DNA of 64,000 nucleotides, from positions 45,643,723-45,707,722 of the forward strand of contig JASCQW010000032.1 of the NCBI GenBank assembly GCA_030264375.1. Reading direction: 5' to 3'. The DNA is from Carcharhinus longimanus. Taxonomy: Eukaryota. Of the stretch, positions 38,171 to 51,849 are shown piece by piece. The notes below the pieces were generated by a model that was not told the origin of the DNA, ran no database searches, and saw only the letters and a program-made list of their open reading frames with translations. The stretch's first letter is position 1. Every line of letters starts with the position of its first letter. The position numbers and the translations under genes are program-made.

Positions 38171-38664
38171 GGGACCTAGAAGTATGAAACTTATACAGTT
38201 GTCTGCAAACCAAATGTAAAACTGCAGGACTTACTGCAATTCATGGCCAGGAAGTCCACCACATGTCTTTCTGGCTGTTGTTCTGAGCGAGGCCCAGCAA
38301 TTTGACATTTGGTTTGCAGGAGCCTCCAGATGTCCCGACTTCCCAAAACCAGGGTCTTCTTTAACGTACAAGCAGTTTTTGTTCAACAAGACATTTTACT
38401 CAATGTTTTGGAATTTCCAAGTTGAAACAGAAGATATATTTTTGGAAGATTATCTGAATATTTTTGCCTGAAATTATCTGATATTATTTGAGGCTGGTTT
38501 CAAACAGTTTTGTGTTTCCCAATACTGATATCATTCATCTTAGTTAATACAAAATTAAATTGTATGTTCCTGATAATATATACATGTGTTTCTTCATTCA
38601 GTGTATATGGTGCTTAGACCCTAAATTAGTCAGTTATTTTTGATGTTTGATGCATTTTTACAAT

Positions 38665-38905
38665 CTGGAAAAGAAAAATGCTTTCATACAATAGGGTTAG
38701 GATCTGTAATGTGCTTCTTGAGAGTGTGGTCTTGGCAGATTCAATCATTGCTTTCAAAAGAGAATTATCTGAAGGAAAAGAAAATGCAAGGTCATGAGGA
38801 AAAGGCGGAGGAGTTGAGCTGAGTTACTCTTTCAGAGATCCAGCACAGAGACAATAGGCTGAATGGCCAACTTCCATATTCTAACTATGTTATGATTCTA
38901 TGATT
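38665..38905 (+). mobile_element. CR1 3' end
   Basis: ttcagagatccagcacagagacaataggctgaatggcc...ttatgattctatgattct. Confidence 0.7.
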
Positions 38906-39360
38906 CTGGTGACTGACCACTGTTATGTTCAGCAGGAACTTAGGTCCATTTTGAGTTTTTGACTTCATTTGATTTGGAATGATAGGTTGTAGCCCAAGTT
39001 TGAGCACCTAGAGATATAGCCACCAGCACTGGGCTGCCATAATATCATGCAGCCCAATCGGGCTCTGAACCCTTTTGGTAGAGCAGTTGGGGAAACCCCA
39101 GTGTTTGACAAGGAGGGCAACCAGAGCAGTAGCATACAAGGCTAGATACGTGGAACTTGGAAAAGCACCCAGTCCTGCTCTTCCCATAAAAATAAAGAGA
39201 AATTTACTTTCAAGATACTAGTCAGGCCAGGCCACCAATGGTTGATGTATTCATGATTAGTACAAAAATGGCAATCAAGGTTTTATTGGAAATATTAAAC
39301 TTTGATATCTATTTTAAATGGACGTACTTCCTAACCCTGAAGCCATTCCAGCTGTCTAGC

Positions 39361-39592
39361 TGGGGAGTCGGTTATCTCAGTGGCTAAACAATTTGTTTAT
39401 GAGGCAGAGTGTCACCAACAGCATGGGTTCAATTCCCGTACCAGCTCATGTTATTCACAAAGGCCTCGCCTTCTCATCTTGCCCATCACCAGAGATGTGG
39501 TGATCTTCAAGCTAAAATCATCACTAATCACCTCTCCCCCTCAAAGGGGAAAGCAGCCTATGGTTATCTGGGACTTTGATGAATTTACTTTA
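39361..39592 (+). mobile_element. tRNA-derived SINE (a further family)
   Basis: Head ttatctcagtggctaaac...gggttcaattcccgtacc and tail gcagcctatggttatctgggactttgatgaatttacttt. Confidence 0.7.
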
Positions 39593-40299
39593 CCTAGTGG
39601 TATGCCCCACTGAATATTGCTGCAGAGAAGGCAGAAAATGGGAGATTTCTTATCTCTCTGTTTCTCACTAGAGGTGGAAATTGGTTCATGCCCAATCTGG
39701 GTAATGGTGCACAAAAGGGAGTGAATTGGTATACTTGTGTTTTTGGGATGGAAGCAACTGCTAGAGTCACCAGTTTCATCCTAAGAAAGTGACAAAGATT
39801 AAAATCAGTCTTGGGGACATTGGTTCTGAGCCAAAGCTAAATCCGAGAGAAAATTACTGTGGTGGGCACAGTGGGATGGTGGAGGGACAAGTAATGGCAT
39901 GCTGCAGCCTGCAATTTCAATGTGAAGTGAAGAGGAGCTCTCCTACTATGGCTGGCTGCACATCCATTTAAGTGATAAGTTTTTACATGCATTTTTGATG
40001 GCAGCCTCTAGAGGCATCTCAGGACATCTTAGAACAAGTATTTTGGCTCCTGCACAGACCAGAGAACCTGAGTACAGCGTACAGAGCACGTGGTGTGGTC
40101 GAATGTAATACAGTTTATCTGAGGGCAGAAATGAGCAGCAAGCTCCCTGATTGCATAGACATTTCAGGCAAATGTTCAGGATGGCTAAATGGCATCCTAA
40201 CCAGTATGTTGACCAACATAGTTCCCATGCATTTATATCACATTGTGATCAGCATCAGAAATTGGTAGGTTTATTGAATATTTTTGTGTAAATGTTGAA

Positions 40300-40570
40300 A
40301 TACAGTTCCCACTTAAGAGAGCATCAAGAATTTGAGGGCACAAATTCAAAATAATTGGCAAAAGGAGTAAAAAATGAAAAGAGTTTTTACCCAGAGGATG
40401 GTTGGAGTCTGGAACAAATTTCCTAAGAGGGTGTTGGAGGTAGGTTCAATCAAGCTATTCAAAATGGAATTGGATTACTATTTGAAAAAGAAGAATGTGC
40501 AAGGTTGCGGGGATAAGGCAGGAAGTGGGACTAGGTAGAATGTGCTTTCAGAGAGTTAGTGCAGACTCTG
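40300..40570 (+). mobile_element. CR1 3' fragment
   Basis: tttttacccagaggatggttggagtctggaac...ggggataaggcaggaagtggga. Confidence 0.7.
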
Positions 40571-40576
40571 CATCGC

Positions 40577-41820
40577 AGAACACACAGTACAGAAGAGGCC
40601 CTTTGGCCTATTGAGTCACACCAACGTGTGAGAAACACCTACCGTACCTACCTAATCTCACTTACCAGCACTTGGCCCGTAGCCTTAAATGTTATGATGT
40701 GCCAAGTGTTCATCCAAGTATTTTTTAAAGTGGGAGGCTGGTGGAGACAACTCTCCTCCACCAGCCTCCCAGGCAGCGCATTCTAGACCATCACCACTCT
40801 CTTGTTAAAAGCTTTTTCCTCACATCCCCCCAAACCTCCTGCCCCTTACCTTGAATTTGTGTCCACTTGTGACTGATCCTTTAGCTAAGGGGAACAGCTG
40901 CTCCCTATCCATCCTATCCATGCCACTCTCAATCTTGTACACCTCAATCAAAGTGCTCCTCAGATTGCTCTGTCCAAATGAAAACAACCCAAGTCTTTCA
41001 AACTTCTGTTCATAACTTAAATGTTCCATCTCAGGTAACATCTTGGTGAATCTCCTTTGCTCCTCCTTCAGTGTAAATGCATCCTTCCTATAATGTGATG
41101 ACCAGAACTGCGCANNNNNNNNNNNNNNNNNNNNNNNNNNNNNNNNNNNNNNNNNNNNNNNNNNNNNNNNNNNNNNNNNNNNNNNNNNNNNNNNNNNNNN
41201 NNNNNNNNNNNNNNGCGCACAGTTCTCTAGCTGTGGCCTCATCTATATAACTCCAACATGACTTCCCTGGTTTTGGATTCTATGCCTTGATTAATAAAGG
41301 CAAGAGTTCCATGTATCTTTTCTATTACTCTACTAACATGCCCTTCTGCCTTCAGAGATCTAGGGACAAACATACCAATGAACCTTTATTACTCAGAATT
41401 TCCTAGTGTCTTGCCATTCATTGAATATTTCCTCGTCAAACTACTCCTTCCAAACACTTTCCAGGGTTAAATTCCATCTGCCTCTTAATTGCTTATTTGA
41501 CTATCCCTACTATATCTTCCTGTAGCCCAAGACACTCAACCTCACTATTAACCACCTGTCCAATCCTTGTGTCGTCTGCAAACTTAATAACCCTACCCCT
41601 ACATAGTCACCTATGTTGTTTATATAAATGATGAGTAATAGGTTATCCGGCACAGATCCTTGGGGTACAGCATTGGACACTGGCTTCCAGTCAAGTAAGC
41701 AATCTTCTGTCATCACTCTCTGTTCTTGTACAACTAAGCCAATTTTGAATTCACCTTATCAAATTCTTTATAAATCTCCCATGTGGGATCTTGTCAAAGG
41801 CTTTGCTGAAATCCATACCT
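40577..41820 (-). mobile_element. CR1 LINE, 5'-truncated
   Basis: Minus-strand DWKPVSNAVPQGSV...YINN and QFWSSHYRKD...QRRFTKMLPEMEHLSYEQ. Confidence 0.9.
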
Positions 41821-42105
41821 GATGGGTTGAATGGTTTCCTTCTGTGATTCTGTGTCTGAAAAACTTGTGAAGTGAGGTACAATTTCACCCTCTCTGTCTT
41901 TCTGCTCTATTCTGCCCATTTTGCTCTCACTCTGCCTGACATAAGCCTAGACCATCCAATTAGTCCCGTCTTCTTGTTGATATTAACTCATTTAGAATGT
42001 GAAAAATAAATCATAAATTTTGTTTTCTAGTCTTAGCTAAATCTACCTATCACTGAATCTTTCTTATTCATTTTGTCTTTCCATCTTTAATTCTCTATTC
42101 ACTTT

Positions 42106-42428
42106 TAGAATCATAGAACTCCCACAGTGCTGAAGGAGGCCATTCAGCCTATTGAGCCTGCACCAACAATAATTCCACCCAGGCCCTAGCCCCACAACTC
42201 CATGTATTACCCTGCTAATCCCCCTGACACTAAGGGGCAATTTAGCATTGCCAACCCACCTAACTCGCACATCTTTGGACTGTGGGACGAAACTGGAGCA
42301 CCTGGAGGAAACCCACACAGACAAGGGGAGAATGTGCAAACAGCACACAGACAGTGACCCAAGCTGGGAATCGAATCTGGGTCCCTGGTGCTGTGAGGCA
42401 GCAGTGCTAACCACTGTGTCATCGTGCT
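42106..42428 (-). mobile_element. HE1-like V-SINE, full length
   Basis: Close reverse-complement match to 15843-16161. Confidence 0.92.
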
Positions 42429-42927
42429 TCCTTTCTTTTTCTGTATGGGTATCAATGTGTATACAGCGGGTGTCCCTCATTCAGATGAACTCAATGCTTG
42501 ATCAAGGAACACAGCATCTGGTAGTGAGGGGAGCTACTGAAAGCCCCACCCCCCATGCCTGTCCCTCCTCTCCCTCAACCTACCCAACGACCCCCATCCC
42601 ACCCTCACCTACTTTTGGCTTAAAGTCCCTAAGGTTTCTGGGTCTCTGTGGGTGCATTGGCAACAACTGCCACTGATCTTGGTGGCCCTGACAGGCAATG
42701 GGAAAAATCCTGCTTCTGATTGGCTGACATCTGTTGGGAGGTGGGATTTCTGCCACTGGGATTTTTAATCCCAGGAAGGCTCGACATTGGCCAGTTAAGT
42801 ACTTGATGAGCATTTATTAATTGTAGACATCTCACAACAGAGACAGCGAGGGTTTCTGCTGGTTCTTCAGCCAGCAGGTGAGACCCCCATCACAAATATT
42901 AAATTCTACCCATAGATTCTACACCCA

Positions 42928-43674
42928 TGGCTGAATTTTCCTGTGGGCACTGCAACCCTGACAGTATGTGTGGATTCCAATCATGCATAAGGTCACAGCA
43001 TGCCCACCAAAGCAACTTTACATCAAGCAGCCTGCTAACTGTTTGTCTCCATGTTCGCCACCCAATTAATGAAGGCAGGCCCATTGAGAAAGCCAGCAAC
43101 ATTGGAAACCTACCGCTTGGAACCCTAACAACATTGGGTGGCTGGCAGTCTATCAGGTGATAGAGTTTGCTGAGAGAGTTAAGAGAGTGCAAGTGCACTT
43201 CAAAATGGAGACACTCTCAGATATCTGCTGAACATGTTTTTTTAAAAAGACCCAGAGATGTTAGGGCCTTTAGTATGGAGGGATGTCCCCTCTACAGGAA
43301 TGATTGCAGCTGTGGCCATTTCATTTTTGCAAATCCAATAATTGGATTATTAGATCCAATTATTGGATGTCTGAGATGAGATTCTGATTAACCTTTGATT
43401 AGCTACCAGAAGGCAACTTATAATAGTTTATGGACCCCAGATTCAGCCAGATGTCCATCTGACACAGGTATATTTCTGTTGGTGTGTAACAATGGTCTTT
43501 GCTGGGCTCTTAATTGGAGCTATTGGTCGCCTGCTTCCATGGAGTTGGCTGCCAGTGCCACTGGCACTCCTCCCTGGGAAAATTGGCTGGTGGTGAAACC
43601 CAACAGGATTTTCTGCTACTTTCCACACCCTCTGCCACCATACTCCTCTCCATGGAGCTGAGAAAATTCAGCCA
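42928..43674. mobile_element. 747-bp non-autonomous Harbinger-like element
   Basis: Perfect 13-bp terminal inverted repeat tggctgaattttc / gaaaattcagcca. Confidence 0.7.
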
Positions 43675-44045
43675 GCCCTGTCTCTCTGTCTTTTCTTTTT
43701 GTATATATCTATCACACACCTCCTTCATTCTTATTGGTTTTGTGTCTTTTTATATTTTGCACTTTATTTGTTTTATTTCTTCTGATGTTTTAATACCCTT
43801 ACCTCTGTCTGTGTTCTCTTCTGAATCAACTTTGAATATGTTAAAATTTATAATACTTGCTGACCTTCAAAGTAAAACATTGTTTGTAAAATGTTTAGAG
43901 TTACAAAAAAGACATTAAATGTCTTTTTTCTTTACTCCTTACATCTAATTTCCCTATCTCGGCCCCATAGAGTGCTCAGTAGCAATGTAGATTTGAGCTT
44001 ACAAGAACAGAAAGGGTGAACAGGAAGGATTTTTAAAATGTTCTA

Positions 44046-44320
44046 TTTTATTTATTAGTGTCAGAAGTAGGCTTACATTAATACTACAATGAAGTCACTG
44101 TGAAAATCCAGTAGCCGCCACACTCAGGTGCCTGTTCGGGTACACTGAGGGAAAATTTAGCCTGGCCAATACACCTAACAGCACATCTTTTAGACTGTTG
44201 GAAGAAGCTGGAGGAAACCCACGCAGACATGAGGAGATTGTGCAGAATCTGCACAAATAGTGGCCTAAGCCAGGAATCAAACCTGGGTCCCAGGAGCTAT
44301 GAGGCAGCAGTGATAGCATA
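44046..44320 (-). mobile_element. V-SINE variant with an alternative 3' tail
   Basis: HE1-like head and V-domain (ggaggaaacccacgcagacatgaggaga on +). The tail instead reads tagtgtcagaagtaggcttacattaatactacaatgaagtcactgtgaaaatcc on +, and the same tail occurs alone in the opposite orientation at 56043-56107. Confidence 0.8.
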
Positions 44321-44394
44321 TTGCTGGGCTCAGACATTAGGAGAGCTTCAGGTCAGGCTGAATGGAGTATGTTTTTGTGCATTATTTATTTTTG

Positions 44395-44500
44395 TTCCCC
44401 TTGATCTCCCGCTGCAGTAAATGGAGTTTTGGCAGAGCACCAAATTCTCCGTTCTCGCTGGCAGCAGTGGTGGGGCAAACGAGATTGGAGCATCCAGACT
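44395..44500. mobile_element. Short MITE fragment, with a second copy inverted at about 29110-29185
   Basis: caaattctccgttctcgctggcagc here is the reverse complement of gctgccagcgagaacggagaatttg near 29140. Confidence 0.65.
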
Positions 44501-44679
44501 GAGTTTTTAAGAATGAAGGTGTTTTTAGAAAAAAAAACTGCAGTAGACATTTGGAACTTCAATTAATTTAACCTCAGCTTGGGTCCTGAGATCTGCCCAT
44601 AGTGGGTACTGGATGATTTGCCTTGGTAGCTGTAAGAACAAAGAGTGGTGGGGAGCATGAGTTGGCATTAAGTTAACAT

Positions 44680-45965
44680 ACATACATACGAATAGGGTGC
44701 AAGAGTAGGCCACTCAGCCCCTTGATCCTGCTTCACCAGTCAATAAGATCATGGCTGACTTCACTGTAGCCTCAAATTCACATTCCCGCTTACCCCAAAT
44801 AACCTTTCGTCGCCTTGCTTATCAAGAATCTATCTGGCTGTGCCTGATTCAAAGACTTGGCTTCCAATGCCTTTTGAGAAAACTCATGAACCTCTGAGAG
44901 AAAAATTCTCCTCATCTCTATCTTGAAAGGGTGAGCCCTTATTTTTAAACAGTGGTCTCTAGTTCTAGATTCTCCCACAAGATGAATTATCCTTTCCAGA
45001 TCCGCCATGCCAAAACTCTGTAGGATCTTATATGTTTCAGTCAAGTCATCTCTTACTCTTCTAAACACCAGCAGATGTTTCCCTGTTCAACATTTCCTCA
45101 TCAAGAAATCACCCATTCCAGATATCAATCTAATAAACATTCTCTCAACTGCTTCCAAATTAAATGTGGAGGCCAGTACTGTACACAGTACTCCAGATGT
45201 GGGAGTTGTAGTAGGCAAGAAGAAAATTCGATGGACCATTTAAAGGTCCATTGAGCTCAGACAAGAATTGGGTGTGTACAGCCAGAGAATCCCACCCAAG
45301 ATCTCATCAGTAACCTGCATAACTGAAGCAAATAATAACATTACCATTTAAGTCATCATCTTACCATTTAAATAATTTGCTCCTGTTTTATTCTTCCTGC
45401 CAAAATTGTCATTTTTTCTCATTGTAATCATTTGTAGACCTTTGCCTACTCACTTAACCTTTCTGTATCCCTTTGTAGCCTCTTTGTGCCTTTTCACAAC
45501 TTACTTTCCTACCTATCTCTGTGTCATCAGCAAATTTAGCAACTGTACCTTCATTCCCTTCATCCATTCCCTTCATCCATTTATATAAATTGCAAAAGAT
45601 TGAGGCGCCCAGCAAAGATTCCTGTGGCACACCAGTCATCACATTTCACCAACCAGAAAATGATCCATTTATGCTTACTCTCTCTTTCCTGTTAGCTAAC
45701 CAATTTTCTATCCTTGCCAATATGTTACTCGTTACACCATGAACTTTTATTTTCTGCAATAACCTTTGATGTGGCACCTTATCAAAAGCCTTCTGGACAG
45801 AACATCCACCAGCTCCCCTTTATCCACAGCACATGTGATTCCTTCAAGGAACTCCAATAAATTGGTTAAACTTGAATTCACTTCCACAAAACTATCTTGA
45901 CTCTGCCCAATTGCTTTCAAGTGATCTGATGTAACATCTTTAATAACAGCTTCTAACATTTTTCC
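44680..45965 (-). mobile_element. CR1 LINE with a hairpin-bearing insertion of about 100 bp near 45203-45300
   Basis: Minus-strand TGVPQESLLG...VAKFADDTEIG and FRRVRDDLTETYKIL. The insert contains atggacc-atttaaa-ggtccat. Confidence 0.88.
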
Positions 45966-46559
45966 ACAGAAGCCATGAAGAGTGAGTAAGGGTTATAAGT
46001 TAGCATGGACAATATGAGGGGCATAAGGAGGTGGATTGGAGGCATTGACTGGCATGGGGTTTACGAGGGGCCATAGGGTTGGCGGGCATAGGTTAACATA
46101 GAGGGTATGGAGGCAGGGAGGAGACATGACTTGGCATGAATGGGGCATTGGAAATGTGTAGGGGATGAGAGGATATGAGAGCCAGAGGGCTGTTTCATAT
46201 TCTTTAAATAAAACATCAATATCATGGCAGAGCACCAAGGTGGCCTTTTGCCCAGCCTACCTCCACACACAACGTTCTCTGCATTCATTCCAGGGTCACC
46301 TGGCCCGACCCACTGGGTACCCCACCACCCTGGGTAGAAAATTCAATATTCAGGGCTATTTTCTCCTGGGTCGAGTTGTGAAGCTTAGAAATATCCAAAC
46401 TGTACACTCCCATTCTGGAATAAAGCTCCAAACTACTATGGACAATATTGTCCTCCTACAACATTTCTCTTCAATTGTCCTCCTCCATGAGTCTTATTTC
46501 CACTTGTAACTCTAATGTATCATCACCTCCAGAGACTCTAAGAATCTATCATTGATTCC

Positions 46560-47255
46560 CTCACCTTCCTTGTTTAAGTCTTGCTCATGGCAACATCATC
46601 CAGAATGGTCAGCTTCTATATATGTATACAGATGATGTGCAGCACTTTGGTCCTCCTCTTCTCACAAACCATTTTCAACCTTTGTGAAGTTGGATTCCTT
46701 TTCCAACATCCAGTCTTAGATGAGTTTTAACTTGCTTCAGTTATATTTGGGGGCAACAAAGCAAATTCCATTGAACCTGCAATATTCTCCACAGTTGTCC
46801 AGCAACTTGTTCAGAATGGACTAGACTATTAGATCATTGGTGTCCTGGTTAAACCTAAGCTGAGGTTTCAACTCCTTGTCCTCTCCTCACAGAATTGGCC
46901 TAAGGCAAAATTTGATACGAATGAGGAAATATTAGAGCAGATGACCAAAGGCTTTATGAAAAAGATACATTTTAAAGAATTTCTTAAAGGAGGAAAGTGT
47001 GGTACTCAATTTCAGTTGTTCCACTATTGGTGGCCAAAATGCATTCAACTGCCAGGGCCCTGATCCAAAGATTTCGCCCCCCCCCCTCCTAAATTTCTCT
47101 TCTTGTCTTCCCTTTATCATGCTTCTTACAACCTAACCATTTAACCCAGTTTTAGGTCATCTGTCTTTTGTGGTTCCATGCCAAACCTTGCTTTATAACA
47201 CTCTTCTGAAGCCCTTAGTGCACTTTATTCCATTAAAGATCCTATATAGAGATAA
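46560..47255 (+). mobile_element. Old L2-clade LINE remnant
   Basis: tatacagatgatgtgcag resembles YADDTQLY, and acatccagtcttagatgag resembles I.SWM. It ends in an L2-like tail cactttattccattaaagatcctatatagagataaattgttgtt. Confidence 0.5.
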
Positions 47256-50200
47256 ATTGTTGTTCAAATCACTCGTTTTAATCATTTTCTTCTCTTTTCT
47301 ACATTGTTTTTATTCTCTGTTTGAAAGTTGCACTTGCTCTTCATATACTGAAAATAATTCCGTCTTCTGAAACGCACTCACTTCAATTAGCTTAAATAGT
47401 CACATGATAATATGGGAAGAAAACAGAAGAGCAATGTGCAGCACACGATGTGCAAGATCCTCGAGAGATTTTCAGGTAGTGTAAGAAATCAGAAACTGGT
47501 GTAAGAGATCTCAAGGAACTTGCAGTTGTATGTTGCTTTTGTTAATTCAAGTAGAAAGATCATAATTGTTTAGCTTTGTTTCATCCAAATTTTTATCTAT
47601 TCTACTTTTCTTGCTGATTTTTGAATGTTTTGTGAATAGTTGTTGAAAACTTCCCAGAAAACATAAGATGTTAAAACTGAAACTGCCAATCCCAAGTTAC
47701 AGCCTATAAATGTCTAATATTGTGCTGCTTAATAAGTTTATTTTTAGTCATTTTATGATTGACTATGTCTCAAGTTATAACTACCAGGGCCCACCATTTA
47801 CAGCTCTTTCTAATCCATATGTGTGTGAGCCTGCATTAACTGATATGTACTATACTGATGTGCCTCAGTAACTCGCGATAAGCAGATCGTCAGAGCCTTA
47901 TTGAACCGGTTATTGGGAACACCTGGGGCCAAGCTTTTCAGAAAAATGACTTCCTGCCTGTGTGGCCTGGTAACCATATGAACAAAGGAAAGGAACAAAT
48001 AGGTCTATCAGTCTGCTGTTTTATGTTTCTTACACTTTGTGGCAAATTTAGTTACTGACTAATGTGGACCTCATGTTATATTTTGACAACATGATCTGTT
48101 ATTCTTAGGCAATTGCAATGTACAATTCTGATCCGTTTAATATAAGGCAAAAAGTTCAGGTCTGAAACACTTTCTCATTTCACTTCCTTCTCAGCCTAAA
48201 AAAAAGATTACTAATGCTTTCTTAGTCACTTCACAAGCTTTATTCATACCAAACCATGATAATGCTTGATACTATGGAAACTAAAGTAGCAGAAATAACA
48301 AACAGATGCTTAAATTACAGTTGTTTAAAGTGATATGCAAAAATATATTCCAAAACAAGTCATGTTGATAAAGAGATTAAGGTTCAGAAGTAAGGAATAA
48401 AAGTGAAAGAGAGTAGAATCTGAGCATCAAAGACTTTTTTAATGGCATGAAATGCCATTAGGGTGTTGTGTCTTTTGTTTCAGCTTCCTCACACCTGCAA
48501 TTTGTTGCATCCTAATCCTCTTCGCACATTTGAATTGCTTTCATTTGCATTGACACAGTAGTGAAAAGAAAAAAAGCTCAGGAGCATAGAATGATAACCA
48601 TTTACAAAAATATATGTATCATTTCTGCTCTGATAGTCTTGCCAAACGTATCTATCCCTGTATGGGGTACATAGTAAATCATTACTTATGAAACATATGT
48701 ATTTCAAAGATCTACAATTTCCCTTGTCTTTATTTGACTATTGGAAAAAGGAGGCAATTTTGGCAGAGGTGAAAAAAAGTAATGGAAATTGGGAGGAGTA
48801 GGTCTATGGCAGCTGAGTCCGTGGCAGGAGCTGTAGGAGTGTCTCAATAAATCAGAGCGTGAAATTTAGATTAGCCCACTGCAGGCGATCAGTAGAAGGG
48901 GGTAAAGAAAGAGTTGGCTTGGTTAAAGGTGTAACCTGTTTCTTTTGGCCCCTAAAATCTTTAAACAGATGGTGTGACCAGCTGTCTCTTTCAGCCATTT
49001 AACTCTGAGTTGGTAACAGTTTGAAAAGATTATCTGCAGTGGCTTTTATTCTGATTTTTGAAAAATGAATAAGTGATCAAATTATTATCTTGCCAAGTAT
49101 CTAAAAATTGAAAACAACCTACAAAATATTAGATAAAATTTATTCATTTATAATATGTTTTACATTTAAAAGTCATGTTTGTGGATTTCAGGCCATCAAT
49201 TTTAATTGTTTTTTAAAAAAACGAATTAGCACATATCTACTGCAATTACACCAGCAGTACAACCAAACATGTTTAGCCATAATATTTTAACTCTGTTGAA
49301 CTGCATGAATCAAGCAGTGTGCTGCCTTGTATTATTATGTTGCTTTGAGCAACAGTTCAAGCTTCAACAACAGTACTGAAATCTAGGCAAACTGGTTTTG
49401 CTAATATAAGAGAAGAATCAGGTAGAAATGTCATTGAGAACAGTTGTAAATATTTGCTGGTGGGGAAATAATCTCAATTCTTTTTCTGCCTGAAGTGTGT
49501 TTAAGTGTATTTTACCAGTCAAGGACTCAGTTTCCTTTGAGAAAATCCAGCAGCAAGCAACCTAAAGCTTGATACTTTTTTTTGCAGGCTATAATGTCTC
49601 CAAAGTTTTTTTTGTTATAATGTCTCCAAAGTTTACATAAAATCCTAAGGACATGGTTTAATGCAGAGTATATATAGTATCACATAATTCACACTACTTA
49701 CAGGTGAGTGCAGTGAGGATTCATTTCTATAAATTAAGGGAATGGTCTTGGTAACAGACTTGGAGTCAACCCTGATTTAGCTAATTTTATATTCATAACA
49801 TACCTTTCATTTTTTTACTGCATAGTGGTTAAAATGGAGCTTTTTTCATTGACAAATTATTTTTTCGATTCTGAGAATTTCAGGTAAATTCCATCGTTAA
49901 ATTATATATCTCCTGACTCCTAAATAAGATGATTTTCCAGCATTTTGTTTGTTGTTTGCCCTAATATTATTGCATATTCACAACAAGAAATATCCGGGCA
50001 TATGTTAACCTAATTCACCTGGCAGTAACAGGGATTTGCCCTTTTTACACCAGGTCCAATTTTGTTTTCATTTGAAATCTTTGGAGAATAAAATTAGAAA
50101 TGAAGCAACATGAATAGCTGACCCAGTCACATCAGCTTCTCATCAGTTAATTTAAGTTAAAATTAAGCCATCGTCATTTGTTGGAAATAGCCTAGTCCAC

Positions 50201-50704
50201 TCTCGCCCCTCTGTATTTCATTTGTACCTTGCTGCACATTATGCAATTATGTTATGGTGCCCATGTGACCTAAATCTCTCAACCATAACTAAGTTTACTA
50301 AGCTCCTTCTGTAATTTTTGCTTTGATATCCCATTTATTTTAGGTGATAGTATAAGTTCAACATTAGTGCATTACTAAAGTTATAGTGACGCTGGTAATA
50401 ACCTGATGCTGCCACTTACAATGTTCAAGTATATAGGCCCTTAAGTTACATGATTGTTCGAGTGGTCTCTTACTGTAACTCCACGAGGAGCCCACTGGAA
50501 TAGCCAGTGTAAACTCAATCAGGATCCAACAGAGACCAAACCCAGTCTTCACCCACCCATTTTAGACCACTGAGATTGGCGTTCCCTAGACTGGATTTTT
50601 ATTTTGTGGTCAAGACCATGATGTCAGGTGCATCTGTGGGTCCTAACCTGCATCCCCTGCCCACTAAGGCCAACTGGTGGAACAGTCATGCATTTGCCAT
50701 CTAT

Positions 50705-51712
50705 TTAGTCGTGGTGATTGAAGGTCAATCATCTCAATTACAGGACATCACTGCAGGAGTTCGTCAGGGTAGTGACATAGGCCCAACCATCTTCAGATGC
50801 TTCATTAATGACCTTCCATCATAAGGTCAGAAATGAGGATGTTCACTAATGATTGCACAATGTTCAGTATCATTTGAAACTCCTCAGATACTGAGGCAGC
50901 CTATGTCCAAATGCAGCAAGACCCGGATAATATCCAGGTTTGTAACATTAGCGCCACGCAAGTGCCATGCAATGATCATCTCCAACAAGAGAAGATCTAA
51001 CCATTGCCTCTTGACGTTCAGTGACATTACCATTGCTCAGTCCCCCACTACCAACATCCTGGAGGTTAACATTGACCAGAAACTGAACTGGGCCAGCTAT
51101 ATAAATACTGTGGCTACTAAAGCAGGTTAAAGGTTAGGATTCCTGTGGTGAGTAACTCACCTTCTGACTCCCCAAAGCCTGCCCACCATCTACAGGACAC
51201 CAGTCAGGAGTATAATAGAATTATCTCCACTTGCCTGGATGGGTGCAGCTCCAACAACACTCAAGAGGCTTGACACCATCCAGGACAAAGCAACCTGCTT
51301 GATTGTTACCCCTTCCACAAACAATCAATCCTTTCACTACTGACAAACTTTGGCAGCTGTGAGTACCATCTACAAGATGCACTGCAGGAACTCATCTAGG
51401 TTTCTAAGGCAGCACCTTCCAAACCCATGGCCATTACCATCTAGAAGGACGAGAACATCAGATAGCTGCGAACATCATTACTTAGAGGCTCCCTCCCAAG
51501 TCGCCTACCATTCTGACTTGGAAATATATCACCCATTGTTCCTTCACTGTTGCTGGGTCAAAATTCTGGAACTCCCTCCCGACAGCTCTGTGGGTGTACC
51601 CACAACCCAGAGATTGCAGTGGTTCAAAAAGGCAACTCACAGGCAACTAGGGATGGGCAATAAATGCTAGTCTAGCCAGTGACACCCACATCCCATAAAT
51701 GAATAAATAAAG
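50705..51712 (+). mobile_element. CR1/L2-group LINE, 3' part
   Basis: QDITAGVRQGSDIGPTIFRCFINDLPS and NIDQKLNWASYINTVATKAG. The tail is gggcaataaatgctagtctagccagtgacacccacatcccataaatgaataaa. Confidence 0.9.
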
Positions 51713-51849
51713 CAGAGACAGGAAGTAGGTGGAAGAGGAGCATGGAAAGTCCAATGTAAACAGGAATCATCAGCCATTATTGTGGTTATAAATCTGTTTT
51801 GTAGTGGAAGGAAGAGGAGCTCAGTGACCCAGCAGCAAAACAGACACAT

